Origin: an uncultured bacterium
Lineage (GTDB): Bacteria > Cyanobacteriota > Vampirovibrionia > Gastranaerophilales > Gastranaerophilaceae
Assembly (NCBI GenBank): GCA_902766395.1
Contig: CACXDL010000041.1
Span: 1,400 to 65,399, forward strand
DNA: 64,000 nt
Reading direction: 5' to 3'
Below are positions 29,435-38,885 of this stretch, piece after piece (the stretch's first letter is position 1; each line of letters begins with the position of its first letter). A program made the translations under genes and the position numbers. Below the pieces are notes generated by a model, which was not told where the DNA came from, searched no databases, and saw only the letters and a program-made list of their open reading frames with translations.

Positions 29435-30328
29435 ATGAGCGAAGCAATCACCGAATACAGAAACGAAAATACAAAAGATATAGATCTTTTGTCTACCATT
29501 GATATGGTTAGAAAAATGAATGAAGAAGACCAAATCGTTGCAAAAGTTGTAGGAGATGTATCTGCAGATATCGCACTTGCTATAGATATGATTGCTAAAG
29601 CATTTTTAAAAGGGGGAAGACTTTTTTACTTTGGAGCAGGAACTTCCGGCAGGCTTGGGATACTGGATGCTTCAGAATGCCCTCCGACATTTAGCGTTGA
29701 CCCGTCAATGGTTCAGGGCAGAATTGCCGGTGGTCATGCAGCATTACTTACTGCTGTGGAAGGAGCTGAAGATAATTTTGAAGAAGGCAAAAAAGATGCT
29801 TCTGTTCTGACTGAAAAAGACGTATGTGTTGTCATCTCTGCAAGCGGAAATCCAAAATACTTACTGGGAGTTCTTGATAAGGCAGACGAAATAGGATGTG
29901 CAACTATAGGTTTAACTTGTAATTCGAAGGGAAAAATCGCTCAGGAAGCAGGACATGTAATCTGCACGGAAGTCGGGCCGGAGGTTATTGCAGGATCAAG
30001 CAGGTTAAAAGCAGGGACGGCTCAAAAAATGGTTTTAAATATGCTCTCTACCGGTTCTATGATAAAAATCGGAAAGACATATGAAAACTTTATGATAGAC
30101 CTTAAAGCTGTCAATGAAAAACTAAAAGACAGGGCAATAAGAATTGTTTCCCAAATTGCAGATGTATCAAATAGCGATGCACTGGCAGCATTATTAAAAT
30201 GTAATTGGGAAATAAAAACAGCAATAATTATGCTTGATATGAAATTTGAAGCTGAAGAAGCAAGAAAAGAATTAAAAAAATACGGTGGAGTATTAAGAAA
30301 ATTACTTAACGCTGAGAGTGCCGTATAA
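29435..30328 (+). CDS. murQ: N-acetylmuramic acid 6-phosphate etherase
   Basis: SIS domain FGAGTSGRLGILDASECPPTF. Start reassigned to the ATG at 29435 (AGGAG 7 nt upstream). Confidence 0.9.
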   Translation: MSEAITEYRNENTKDIDLLSTIDMVRKMNEEDQIVAKVVGDVSADIALAIDMIAKAFLKGGRLFYFGAGTSGRLGILDASECPPTFSVDPSMVQGRIAGGHAALLTAVEGAEDNFEEGKKDASVLTEKDVCVVISASGNPKYLLGVLDKADEIGCATIGLTCNSKGKIAQEAGHVICTEVGPEVIAGSSRLKAGTAQKMVLNMLSTGSMIKIGKTYENFMIDLKAVNEKLKDRAIRIVSQIADVSNSDALAALLKCNWEIKTAIIMLDMKFEAEEARKELKKYGGVLRKLLNAESAV

Positions 30329-30403
30329 GATTTTTCTTACATCTGTCATGAACTTTTTCATAGACACATAAAACTTATATCTTCAACACAGGAGGAGAAA
30401 AAA

Positions 30404-31405
30404 ATGAAATTAACAGTTTTAGGTGCAGGATGCTGGGGACTTACTTTAGCTTGGCTTTTAACTAATAATTTTGAAGAAATAACCGTTTGGGGAAGACAAC
30501 AAGATCTAAATGAAGATTTAATAAAAAACAAACACACTTCAAAACCATTGGAAGTCCAACTTGATAGTAAAGTTGAGATTACATCCGATTTAAGTTCAGC
30601 AATTAAAAATGCAGATATTATACTTTCAGTAATTGCAACTTCCGGGACAAGAGATGTTTGCGAAAACCTTAAAAATGCAGGTATAAAATCCGATCAAATT
30701 CTGGTTAACGCTTCAAAAGGTATAGAACTTCCATCTTTGATGAGGATGTCAGAAGTTATTAAAGATGTTTTACCTGAACAAAAACTTGTCATTCTTTCCG
30801 GGCCGACACTTGCAAAAGAAGTATTACAGGGTAAACCGACTGCAGCATGTGTTGCTTGTGAAGATATAGAAACTGCAACTTTTGTTCAAAAGGCAATGAA
30901 TGTTGCAGATCGATTCAGACTTTACACAAATACTGATGTGATTGGGGTTGAACTCGGCGGAAGTTTAAAAAACGTAATAGCAATTGCATCAGGATTTGCT
31001 CATGAAATGGGCTTAGGTGATAATTGCGCAGGAACTCTTTTAACAAGAGGAATGGCAGAAATTGTAAGGGTAAGCCTTCAACTTGGAGCAAATCCTTCAA
31101 CGTTATATGGATTATCAGGTATAGGAGATCTAATTGCAACCTGCTCATCTCCAATGTCAAGGAATTACACAGTAGGCTCCATGCTTGCAAAAGGTAAAAA
31201 AATTAACGATATACTGGCTGAACTTGGTTCTGTGGCTGAAGGAGTAAAAACCTCAAAAGCAATATGTGAACTTGCTCAAAAATTAGGAATTGAAGTTCCG
31301 GTTTCAAGTGCAATATATGAAGCTGTTTACACGGATATAACACCAAAAGAACTTTTATCAAAACTTATGAACAGAAAACTGAAAGAAGAAGAAAGATACG
31401 TATAA
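30404..31405 (+). CDS. gpsA: NAD(P)H-dependent glycerol-3-phosphate dehydrogenase
   Basis: Rossmann motif LGAGCWG, plus SKGIE, GPT.A.EV and NV.AIA.G motifs. Confidence 0.9.
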   Translation: MKLTVLGAGCWGLTLAWLLTNNFEEITVWGRQQDLNEDLIKNKHTSKPLEVQLDSKVEITSDLSSAIKNADIILSVIATSGTRDVCENLKNAGIKSDQILVNASKGIELPSLMRMSEVIKDVLPEQKLVILSGPTLAKEVLQGKPTAACVACEDIETATFVQKAMNVADRFRLYTNTDVIGVELGGSLKNVIAIASGFAHEMGLGDNCAGTLLTRGMAEIVRVSLQLGANPSTLYGLSGIGDLIATCSSPMSRNYTVGSMLAKGKKINDILAELGSVAEGVKTSKAICELAQKLGIEVPVSSAIYEAVYTDITPKELLSKLMNRKLKEEERYV

Positions 31406-32334
31406 TGAAATATGCAGTAAGATATTTAAAAAATACATATTATCCTTTAGATGTCCCTGAAAAAACCACTTTAACAGACGGACAAATGGTAATTGCAAGA
31501 ACAGAAAAAGGGGAAGAAGCGCTAAGGGTTTTTATTGTAAACTCAAAAATCGAAGAAATTTGGGAAAAATCAAAGCAAAAACCTGCCCCACTCCCTTTGA
31601 TTAAAATTATGACTCAAAGAGATCTACAAACTTTAGATGAAATAAAGAAAGAAGAAGTTAGCGCATATTTTAAATGTCAGGCACTGATAAAGCAACACAA
31701 GTTGGTTATGACTCTTGTTCAATGCAGAATTACATTTGACAAAAGGAAAATAACTTTTTATTATACAGCACCTGAAAGAGTTGACTTCAGAGGATTACTG
31801 AAAGATTTAACGCAAACGTTCCAGAGAGTAAGAATTGATTTACGCCATATCGGAGTAAGAGATGAAACTTCAATATTAGATGGTTGCGGTATTTGCGGAC
31901 AACCATTCTGCTGCGGAGGATTTTTGAAAAAATTTCCGACAATTAACATTAAACTTGCCAAAGATCAGGGTATGCCAATTGCTCCCGGGAAGATATCCGG
32001 AACATGCGGACGCTTACTTTGTTGTCTGAATTATGAATATTCAAATTATATTGAAGCTGCAAAAGGTATGCCACCAATCGGCTCTTCTGTTATGACAACT
32101 GAAGGACTTGGTAAGGTTTGTTATCTTCAGTTTATGAGCGGAAAAGTTGCAGTAAAAATGGAAGATGGCAAAACTAAAGAATTTGATAAAAATGATATTG
32201 AAATGGTTGATGCTGAGGTCAATGTTGAAATTGATACAAATCCTTCAATTAACAATTACGCATCTGAAGATGAGCAGAACATTGATATTAAACAACTCGA
32301 AGATGATCGTAACAGTTCAACGGGAAATATCTAA
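31405..32334 (+). CDS. PSP1 domain protein (YaaT/RicT-like)
   Basis: PSP1 C-terminal domain with a Cys cluster (CGICGQPFCCGGF...GRLLCCLNYE). Start overlaps the gpsA stop (TAATG). Confidence 0.8.
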   Translation: MKYAVRYLKNTYYPLDVPEKTTLTDGQMVIARTEKGEEALRVFIVNSKIEEIWEKSKQKPAPLPLIKIMTQRDLQTLDEIKKEEVSAYFKCQALIKQHKLVMTLVQCRITFDKRKITFYYTAPERVDFRGLLKDLTQTFQRVRIDLRHIGVRDETSILDGCGICGQPFCCGGFLKKFPTINIKLAKDQGMPIAPGKISGTCGRLLCCLNYEYSNYIEAAKGMPPIGSSVMTTEGLGKVCYLQFMSGKVAVKMEDGKTKEFDKNDIEMVDAEVNVEIDTNPSINNYASEDEQNIDIKQLEDDRNSSTGNI

Positions 32335-32335
32335 T

Positions 32336-32365
32336 AAAAAAGAGGAACATATGTTCCTCTTTTTT
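32336..32365. terminator. Bidirectional rho-independent terminator
   Basis: Perfect 20-bp palindrome AGAGGAACATATGTTCCTCT (32341-32360), flanked by an A run and a T run, between convergent genes. Confidence 0.8.
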
Positions 32366-32378
32366 ATTAGTTTGCAAA

Positions 32379-33647
32379 TTAAGCATTGAATGTTTTGAAT
32401 GAAGATTCAACGTTTTTGGAAATAACTTTCTTAACTGCATCAAGTTCGGTTGAAATCGCATTTTCTTCAGTATCTAATTGCTTTAATTTCAATTCTAAGT
32501 TTTTATCTTGTTGTTGAATTACTTCAAGTTTTGAATTAATCTCCTGAATTTTATGGTCATATTCATGCTGAGCATAGTGGTATTGATTCATTGCATCATT
32601 ATATGCTTCTTCATCAGTTGTTGTAGTTGTAGTCAAGCTATAAGAAGTTTGATTACCTTCTTTATCGAACAATGTTATTCCGATATATCTTCCTGATGAA
32701 TCCTTTTCGACAACAGCTTTTTGATTTAATACTTCTTTCGTTTGAGTACTTGAACCTAATGAATAGCAGTCGATATTTGCCAAATCATTTGCGGTATATT
32801 TTTCATTGTTATTTAAATCTTCTATTTTGTAGAAATATGGTTCATAAGAGCCGGTTGTAGAATTTTTAACATATCTTACTGCCCAGGTTGTATCCGCTCC
32901 ATATTTATCCTGAAGCATTTTAATATAATATCTTTCTTCTTCTAATAAATCAGCACGTTGTTTCTCGTCCAAAGAGTTGTAATAGTCATCTCCAAACGGA
33001 TTAGATACTTGCAATGCTAGGATGTCTTGTCCTTCTTCATCTTTTTTTAAAGTACCATCATCATTTGCTTCATATACATCAACACGAATAACTATAAAAT
33101 TACCATTTTCGTCTTGTATAGGAACTCCCCCAGGTCCACTTTTGAGATGTTCCTTAATTACGACAGGTTCTTTGTAATATGCATATACTCCAGAACCGCT
33201 GTCACCATCAGGTAGGAAAACTTTAACAACATCATCCTTAAGTCTTGGTTCTTCCCCAAGAGATCTTAATTTTGAAGTTCCCACAGAATATACAACTGTT
33301 CCATCCAATCTTTTAGACCTTGCAATAAGAGCAGAAGACGCAGGAGTAATTGAATAATCATCTTGCCATTGCTGTAAATAGCTTACAGAATATTCTCCAG
33401 ATCCTCTTGCAATAAGAGAGGTTACCGTATTAGTCATTGCACCATCATTAAATGTATAGCTGACTTTTGTATAATCATCAACTGATGGAGGTGTCGGAAC
33501 TTCCATATTACACAATTCACTGTAATAACTTGCAGATTCGTTTGACAATGTTGTTCTTTGCTGGTTAATTTGTTGACCTTCAAATTCAACATTTGACTTT
33601 CTTGCTGTTAGGCTTAAGAATCTTGCCTGTGTAGCTGACATTCCCAT
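32379..33647 (-). CDS. Hypothetical protein (422 aa) with helical N- and C-termini around a beta-rich core (filament-protein-like architecture)
   Basis: Monocistronic, with terminators on both sides and a sigma-28-like promoter. N-terminus MGMSATQARFLSLTARKSNVEFEGQQINQQ. C-terminal ~70-aa heptad-like helix (...KLEVIQQQDKNLELKLKQLDTEENAISTELDAVKK...). No signal peptide. Confidence 0.6.
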   Translation of the reverse strand: MGMSATQARFLSLTARKSNVEFEGQQINQQRTTLSNESASYYSELCNMEVPTPPSVDDYTKVSYTFNDGAMTNTVTSLIARGSGEYSVSYLQQWQDDYSITPASSALIARSKRLDGTVVYSVGTSKLRSLGEEPRLKDDVVKVFLPDGDSGSGVYAYYKEPVVIKEHLKSGPGGVPIQDENGNFIVIRVDVYEANDDGTLKKDEEGQDILALQVSNPFGDDYYNSLDEKQRADLLEEERYYIKMLQDKYGADTTWAVRYVKNSTTGSYEPYFYKIEDLNNNEKYTANDLANIDCYSLGSSTQTKEVLNQKAVVEKDSSGRYIGITLFDKEGNQTSYSLTTTTTTDEEAYNDAMNQYHYAQHEYDHKIQEINSKLEVIQQQDKNLELKLKQLDTEENAISTELDAVKKVISKNVESSFKTFNA

Positions 33648-33683
33648 AGCTTTTTCCTTTCGTCTTTTACGTTATTACCCATG

Positions 33684-33711
33684 GTTACGGCTAGTTTTTG
33701 CATGAACTTTA
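33684..33711 (-). promoter_or_regulatory. Sigma-28-type promoter candidate (weaker)
   Basis: Minus strand: TAAAGTTC (33711-33704), 12-nt spacer, GCCGTAAC (33691-33684). The -35 matches 7/8, the -10 matches 5/8, and the spacer is 1 nt longer than consensus. Lies 36 nt upstream of the ATG. Confidence 0.4.
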
Positions 33712-33750
33712 AGATTTTGAGACTTATTGTTAACATTTTGTTACATTCAT

Positions 33751-33781
33751 AAAAAAAGGTCGTAATCGAGAGATTACGACC
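33751..33781 (-). terminator. Rho-independent terminator of the SIMPL-domain gene
   Basis: Minus strand: GGTCGTAATC, loop TCTC, GATTACGACC, then TTTTTTT (the plus-strand A run at 33751-33757). Confidence 0.75.
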
Positions 33782-33803
33782 TTTAAACCCTTTTGTAATA
33801 ACT

Positions 33804-34529
33804 TTATTTTACTCTGAATGTTACATTAGCAACTGCTGTAATTTTCTTTTGGATAGAAGATGTATCATTTAGTCCATAATCAGATACATTTGTAGATTCT
33901 ACCGGAGTAATCTGGAATACTCCCATTTGAAGAGATTGGATTTTTCCAACCTTATTGCGAGTTGCTTTCAACATAGCAGAGGCACGATGTTTTGCATCTT
34001 TAGAGGCTTTTTCTAACATTTCAACTTTTAAATCTGACAATTTTGAATAGTAATACTCAGCATTTGAGCTTGAAACCTCTATTCCTCTCTGTGCTAAGTC
34101 ATAAATTTCGGTAGAAACTTTTTTCACTTTTTTTACATCATTAGATTTTACAGAAATCATCTGAGATGCATTATATGCAACAATTTTATTTGTTGAACTA
34201 CCATTTGGCGCAACATCATAAACTTCATATCCGTTAATCGGATTTATATCTATATTTTCTTTTTTAAATCCTTTTGAAATTAAATACTTTTCTATTTCAG
34301 GAATTTGTTTATTTAAAACGGCATAAGATTTTGCCCTTGTTGCCTCTCTGGAATTAATGTAAAAATCAAACTTTCCTTTATCTGAAGTTACTTCCTGAGA
34401 ATAAGACCCTGTTACAGTTATTACATCTTTAGACATAGTATTTGCAAAAATAGCAGTTGAAATAATAGCCCCTAAAGCCAATAATAAACCTAATAACAAG
34501 ATCTGAAATTTTTCAATTTTTTCTAGCAT
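33804..34529 (-). CDS. SIMPL/DUF541 (BP26-like) periplasmic protein
   Basis: N-terminal anchor, then the typical ITVTGS...D.a.f...v pattern and C-terminal V.A.V.V.F.V ending. AGGAG Shine-Dalgarno. Confidence 0.7.
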   Translation of the reverse strand: MLEKIEKFQILLLGLLLALGAIISTAIFANTMSKDVITVTGSYSQEVTSDKGKFDFYINSREATRAKSYAVLNKQIPEIEKYLISKGFKKENIDINPINGYEVYDVAPNGSSTNKIVAYNASQMISVKSNDVKKVKKVSTEIYDLAQRGIEVSSSNAEYYYSKLSDLKVEMLEKASKDAKHRASAMLKATRNKVGKIQSLQMGVFQITPVESTNVSDYGLNDTSSIQKKITAVANVTFRVK

Positions 34530-34633
34530 GCTTCACTCCTTTTTTATAATTCAATAATAGAACTTAAAAAATAATAATCAAGATTTAATAAAATATTCTT
34601 TAAATTTTTACATTTAATTGATATACTTTTGTT

Positions 34634-35224
34634 ATGCCTAATAAAAAAATTTTTGAGAAATATATTGAGATATTTTTAGAAGAAAATCATAAAGTTAACC
34701 TTATTTCAAAAAATGATGAAAAATACTTATGGGAAAAACATATCTGTGACTCTTTAGCTTTAGAAAAAGTTTTTAAAAAATACAAACAGCCTGAAACACT
34801 TTTAGACATAGGAACAGGCGGGGGCTTCCCTTCTGTCCCTCTGGCAATTTCAAACCCTGAAATTAAAATATATGCAGTAGATAGTATCTCAAAAAAAATA
34901 AGAGCTGTACAAGTTTTTAAAGATAAATTAAAATTGAATAATTTATTTCCTATATGCTCCAGAGTTGAGAATTTAAATGAGAAATACGATATTGTCACCT
35001 CGCGTGCAGTTGCATCTTTGGATAAAATTTGTGAATATGCGCTTCCAAAATTAAAACCAAACGGCTATTTTGCAGTTTTTAAATCTAAAAAAGCCTCGGA
35101 AGAAATTAAAAACGCTCAAAATATTTTAAAAAAATACAATGCAAAAATAATAGATATAGTCAATTACAAGTTACCTCTAAAAGAAGAAATAGAACGAAAT
35201 ATAATCGTTATAAATATTGAATAA
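34634..35224 (+). CDS. rsmG: 16S rRNA (guanine527-N7)-methyltransferase
   Basis: SAM motif LLDIGTGGGFPSVPLAI and SRAVA motif. TATACT-N6-ATG upstream. Confidence 0.9.
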   Translation: MPNKKIFEKYIEIFLEENHKVNLISKNDEKYLWEKHICDSLALEKVFKKYKQPETLLDIGTGGGFPSVPLAISNPEIKIYAVDSISKKIRAVQVFKDKLKLNNLFPICSRVENLNEKYDIVTSRAVASLDKICEYALPKLKPNGYFAVFKSKKASEEIKNAQNILKKYNAKIIDIVNYKLPLKEEIERNIIVINIE

Positions 35225-35292
35225 TCGCCATTTTGTTTGCTTTTTATTTTTGTCTTTTGTAGAATTTAAAAAAATCGTTGGGGATAAAGAGC

Positions 35293-35709
35293 ATGACTAT
35301 TATTAATGAAACTTTTACTGTTCATACTAAGGGAAATACAGACATAATTGATTTAACACCGCAAATCCGAAATGTGGTATATAATCACATATTACAAAAT
35401 GCTGTGGTATACATATATGCACAAGGAAGCACCGTTTCTATTACCAATTTGGAATTTGAACCCGGCTTGCTGGTTGATTTGCCGGAGGCAATGGAAAAAA
35501 TTTGTCCGTCTAACGCAAATTATCACCACGATGAAATGTGGCACGACGGCAACGGTTATTCTCATGTCAGAGCCGCTATTATTGGAAATTCTACACATAT
35601 ACCCCTCATTGACGGTGTTTTACAGCTTGGACAATGGCAACAAGTCGTTATGATAGATTTTGATAACAAAGCAAGAGCAAGAAAAGTTAATGTTCAAATT
35701 ATTTACTAG
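35293..35709 (+). CDS. YjbQ/UPF0047 family protein (secondary thiamine-phosphate synthase family)
   Basis: Family-typical motifs (DIIDLTP, NGYSHVRAAIIG, LGQWQQVVMIDFD). The ATG at 35293 is preferred over the TTG at 35278. Confidence 0.8.
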   Translation: MTIINETFTVHTKGNTDIIDLTPQIRNVVYNHILQNAVVYIYAQGSTVSITNLEFEPGLLVDLPEAMEKICPSNANYHHDEMWHDGNGYSHVRAAIIGNSTHIPLIDGVLQLGQWQQVVMIDFDNKARARKVNVQIIY

Positions 35710-35715
35710 TAAACT

Positions 35716-36537
35716 ATGAACGAAAAAGAATTAATAAAGTACTTAAAAAGCCTTGGGTTGGAAGTTCATACCTCAACAAAAGCAAGAGGTCATCAGGGAT
35801 TTTATCTAAAAAACAGAATTGATATTTCTAAAAATATTTCCCCTGAAAAAATTATTCCAACTTTAATCCATGAATTTACTCATTATATTCACTCTGAAAT
35901 TGAACCGGGAATAGATAAGAACGGCGGAAGCATTGAAGTAATTTTTGATGATGATAATGCTAAGTATTATTTAAAAGAACTCGAAAAGGTAACAAATTTT
36001 GCAGATGTAAATTCAAAATGCGAAAAGTTACAAACGCACAAAGAATTAATAAAAGAAAAAATACATGAGTATGAAAACATTATAAAAAATAAGTATCCAA
36101 ACTTTATGCGCTCCAAAAAGTTCAAAGAATTCGATAATTACATAAGAAAAAGTGATGCAAAATACCTTTTAAAATACGACAGAGTAAAACTTATCTGCGG
36201 AGGTTTTACAAAAAAAATAAAAATTTATTCTGTTGACAAAATAGAACAAGATTTTTGCGATATGCCAAAAGAATTTGCCGCTTATATAAGATTAAGATCC
36301 TGCCAAAAAAGACAGGCAAGGATATCTGCAAGAATAAACAGACTTGGCAAATATTACGCAAAACCAACAGAATTATTTGCTAGATTTGTAGAATCACTTT
36401 ATTTGGATTACGAAAAAGTCCAAGAACTCGCACCGAATTGCTGCAAACGCTTTTATGAACTTCTACATGCCGGATATTATAAAGAATTATACGGTATTTA
36501 TGATCTGATATCAAATAAAGAATTGAATATTCGCTGA
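35716..36537 (+). CDS. Hypothetical protein with an HExxH zinc-metallopeptidase-like motif
   Basis: LIHEFTHYIH lies about 50 aa from the N-terminus, after GFYLKNRIDIS (ImmA/IrrE-like or SprT-like context). The rest is unrecognised. Confidence 0.5.
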   Translation: MNEKELIKYLKSLGLEVHTSTKARGHQGFYLKNRIDISKNISPEKIIPTLIHEFTHYIHSEIEPGIDKNGGSIEVIFDDDNAKYYLKELEKVTNFADVNSKCEKLQTHKELIKEKIHEYENIIKNKYPNFMRSKKFKEFDNYIRKSDAKYLLKYDRVKLICGGFTKKIKIYSVDKIEQDFCDMPKEFAAYIRLRSCQKRQARISARINRLGKYYAKPTELFARFVESLYLDYEKVQELAPNCCKRFYELLHAGYYKELYGIYDLISNKELNIR

Positions 36538-37016
36538 CCCAAACTTTTATTTTTTGATTTTACATATCTTTTATCCAAATCCGTCAGCTGACGACCGACT
36601 TTGGAATATACATATGCTATTGCTTCATCCGATCTGTGCTGATCATTTACATATTCTTCTCTGATTTTTAAGAGTTCTTTATTATCTAAAAACTTGCCAC
36701 CGCAACCGTAACAATCATCAACCGTAATACAACTTCTGACGCCTGCAGAATTTTTAACCATCTTCATTCCGCAGCAAGGACAAACCCTTGTAACACCTTC
36801 ATCAACTGGTGCGAAGTCTTTATTTCCAAGCTTTTTCAAAATTTCTGATATATCTTCGTTTTGTTCATTAAAAGAATCAAATTCTCTGTTATCAAAAAAT
36901 ATTCCGCCGCAGCCATCAGTACATATATCAATATTAATACCTTCAGAAGGTATAAAAACCTTTTCCATTTCTTTTCCACAAGCGGGACAAATTATTTTCT
37001 TTAATGTATCAGCCAT
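36498..37016 (-). CDS. Double TFIIB-type zinc-ribbon protein
   Basis: Two copies of CPxCG...C..CGG.F.D..E (CPACGKEM...CTDGCGGIFFDNREF and CPCCGMKM...CYGCGGKFLDNKEL). AGGAG Shine-Dalgarno. Confidence 0.65.
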   Translation of the reverse strand: MADTLKKIICPACGKEMEKVFIPSEGINIDICTDGCGGIFFDNREFDSFNEQNEDISEILKKLGNKDFAPVDEGVTRVCPCCGMKMVKNSAGVRSCITVDDCYGCGGKFLDNKELLKIREEYVNDQHRSDEAIAYVYSKVGRQLTDLDKRYVKSKNKSLGQRIFNSLFDIRS

Positions 37017-37128
37017 TTCATTCTCCTGTTTTCACATCTTCAATCTTAATTTATCATTTGTTTGAAATTTTTCATCATACAATTGATTTATTTACCACAG
37101 TAAAGGGTTTGTATTTATACCAAAAATA

Positions 37129-38883
37129 TTGTACAATAATTATGAGAGGACATTTTCGGTGGAAAGCAAATTTAAAACGCAAGAGGCTCAAAAACTATTG
37201 AAAAATGGTATTAAAGCTATTTTAAAAAAGAATTACATAAGCTCACGCAGTTTTGTAAATTCAGCTTTTGCCGTTTTTAAATCTGAAAATTCCGTTTCTG
37301 ATATGGCAATTTGTCTTAGCCTTATAGCATTTATTGATTATTCTGAATCATCAGGAGCTAAAGGACTGGAGCTACTTGATGAAGCAACATATCTCACCGA
37401 AAAAACAAATAATATAAATGCAAGGATTATTAATGAACTAATAAAAGGGAACATAAATTTTTGTGAAAACAGTAAAGATATTGCGTTAATCCACTATAAC
37501 AATGCACTCAAATTATCAGTAGAAGATGACGAATACTCTCTTGCCCCAACAATAAATGCAAGAATTAAACAATTACAAAATGGTATGGACTATTATTTAC
37601 CGACACAGAGCGACCCTTTAGTGTCTTTGGTAAAAATAAGCCGTTCCATCACTGCTCTTACAGATATTGACGAGTTATTAAAAGTTATAGCACAGGAAAC
37701 AAAAAATGCTATGCAGGCAGACCGATGCACAGTGTTTTTATGGGATAAAGAGACAAATGAATTATGGTCAAAAGTAGCATTGGGAGTTGATGAATCACAG
37801 GAAATAAGATTCCCCGCCGATAAAGGTCTTGCCGGATATGTTGTCCAAACCGGAGAAACGCTTAATATTACAGATGCATATTCTGATCCCAGGTTTAACC
37901 CTGAAGTTGATCACAAAACCGGTTACAAAACAAAAACCATACTTTGTATGCCAATAACAAATAACAACAGAGAAATTATTGGAGCTTTTCAAATATTGAA
38001 TAAAATCGACGGAATTTTTACTCAAAATGATGAAGATTTACTAGTTGCAATCGGAGGAAGTGCGAGTATTGCATTAGAAAATGCACAGTTATTTGACCAG
38101 CAACTGCAACTTTACAGAGAACAAAAACTTCTGTTCGAAAGTTTTATTGATACCCTCGCAACATCTATCGATGCCAGAGACAAAATTACAGCAGGTCATT
38201 CTACCAGAGTAAGAATGTACTCAGGATTAATTGCCCAAACAATGGGTATGGATAAAAAGGATATTAACATCATTGAAAAAGCCGCAACACTTCATGATAT
38301 AGGAAAAATCGGAATCAAAGATTCTGTTTTACAAAAAGAAGGTAAACTTACCGACGAAGAGTACAAACATATTCAGGAACATGTAAGGATTACTCACAAT
38401 ATACTTAATAAGATTTATATGTCCCCTGATTTCAGAATCATTACTGAAATTGCATCTTCCCACCACGAAAAATATGATGGCAGCGGATATTACAGACATT
38501 TAAAAGGAGAAGAAATAACAATTGGCGGCAGAATACTTGCCGTTGCGGATGTATTTGATGCCATCACATCAAAAAGGCATTATCGTGACAAAATGCCAAT
38601 CAAAAATGTTTTGAATATACTAAAAGAAGGTTCCGGAAAACATTTTGATCCTAAAATTGTTAACCTGTTTATGTCGATTCCACTGGATAAAATATGCGGA
38701 ATTTTTCTATCTGATGGAAGCGGAAAAATCTCTAAAAATGACGAACTTATTTTAAGTAACTTAAATTTATCATTTATAGATAATTACGTAAGACTTGAAA
38801 ATCCTTCAGAACAAGAACAAAACATTATTGATTTATTCAATAAATACTACATCGGAGAACCTCATAAACAGGAGGAAAACTAA
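37129..38883 (+). CDS. GAF domain-containing HD-GYP-type phosphodiesterase
   Basis: GAF region, then HD-GYP catalytic residues (HDIGK, HHEKYDGSGY, ADVFDAITSKR). The GYP motif reads GYY. Start is uncertain: TTG at 37129 or GTG at 37159, the latter preceded by GAGAGGA. Confidence 0.85.
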   Translation: MYNNYERTFSVESKFKTQEAQKLLKNGIKAILKKNYISSRSFVNSAFAVFKSENSVSDMAICLSLIAFIDYSESSGAKGLELLDEATYLTEKTNNINARIINELIKGNINFCENSKDIALIHYNNALKLSVEDDEYSLAPTINARIKQLQNGMDYYLPTQSDPLVSLVKISRSITALTDIDELLKVIAQETKNAMQADRCTVFLWDKETNELWSKVALGVDESQEIRFPADKGLAGYVVQTGETLNITDAYSDPRFNPEVDHKTGYKTKTILCMPITNNNREIIGAFQILNKIDGIFTQNDEDLLVAIGGSASIALENAQLFDQQLQLYREQKLLFESFIDTLATSIDARDKITAGHSTRVRMYSGLIAQTMGMDKKDINIIEKAATLHDIGKIGIKDSVLQKEGKLTDEEYKHIQEHVRITHNILNKIYMSPDFRIITEIASSHHEKYDGSGYYRHLKGEEITIGGRILAVADVFDAITSKRHYRDKMPIKNVLNILKEGSGKHFDPKIVNLFMSIPLDKICGIFLSDGSGKISKNDELILSNLNLSFIDNYVRLENPSEQEQNIIDLFNKYYIGEPHKQEEN

Positions 38884-38885
38884 TA

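Noticed and set aside
37142-37201. 19-codon, highly basic small ORF (MRGHFRWKANLKRKRLKNY) overlapping the 5' end of the HD-GYP gene in another frame
   Set aside because: It could be a uORF downstream of the TACAAT box, but there is no Shine-Dalgarno, conservation cannot be assessed here, and its composition is what the Lys-rich alternate frame would give by chance. It is noted only as a caveat on the HD-GYP start-codon choice.
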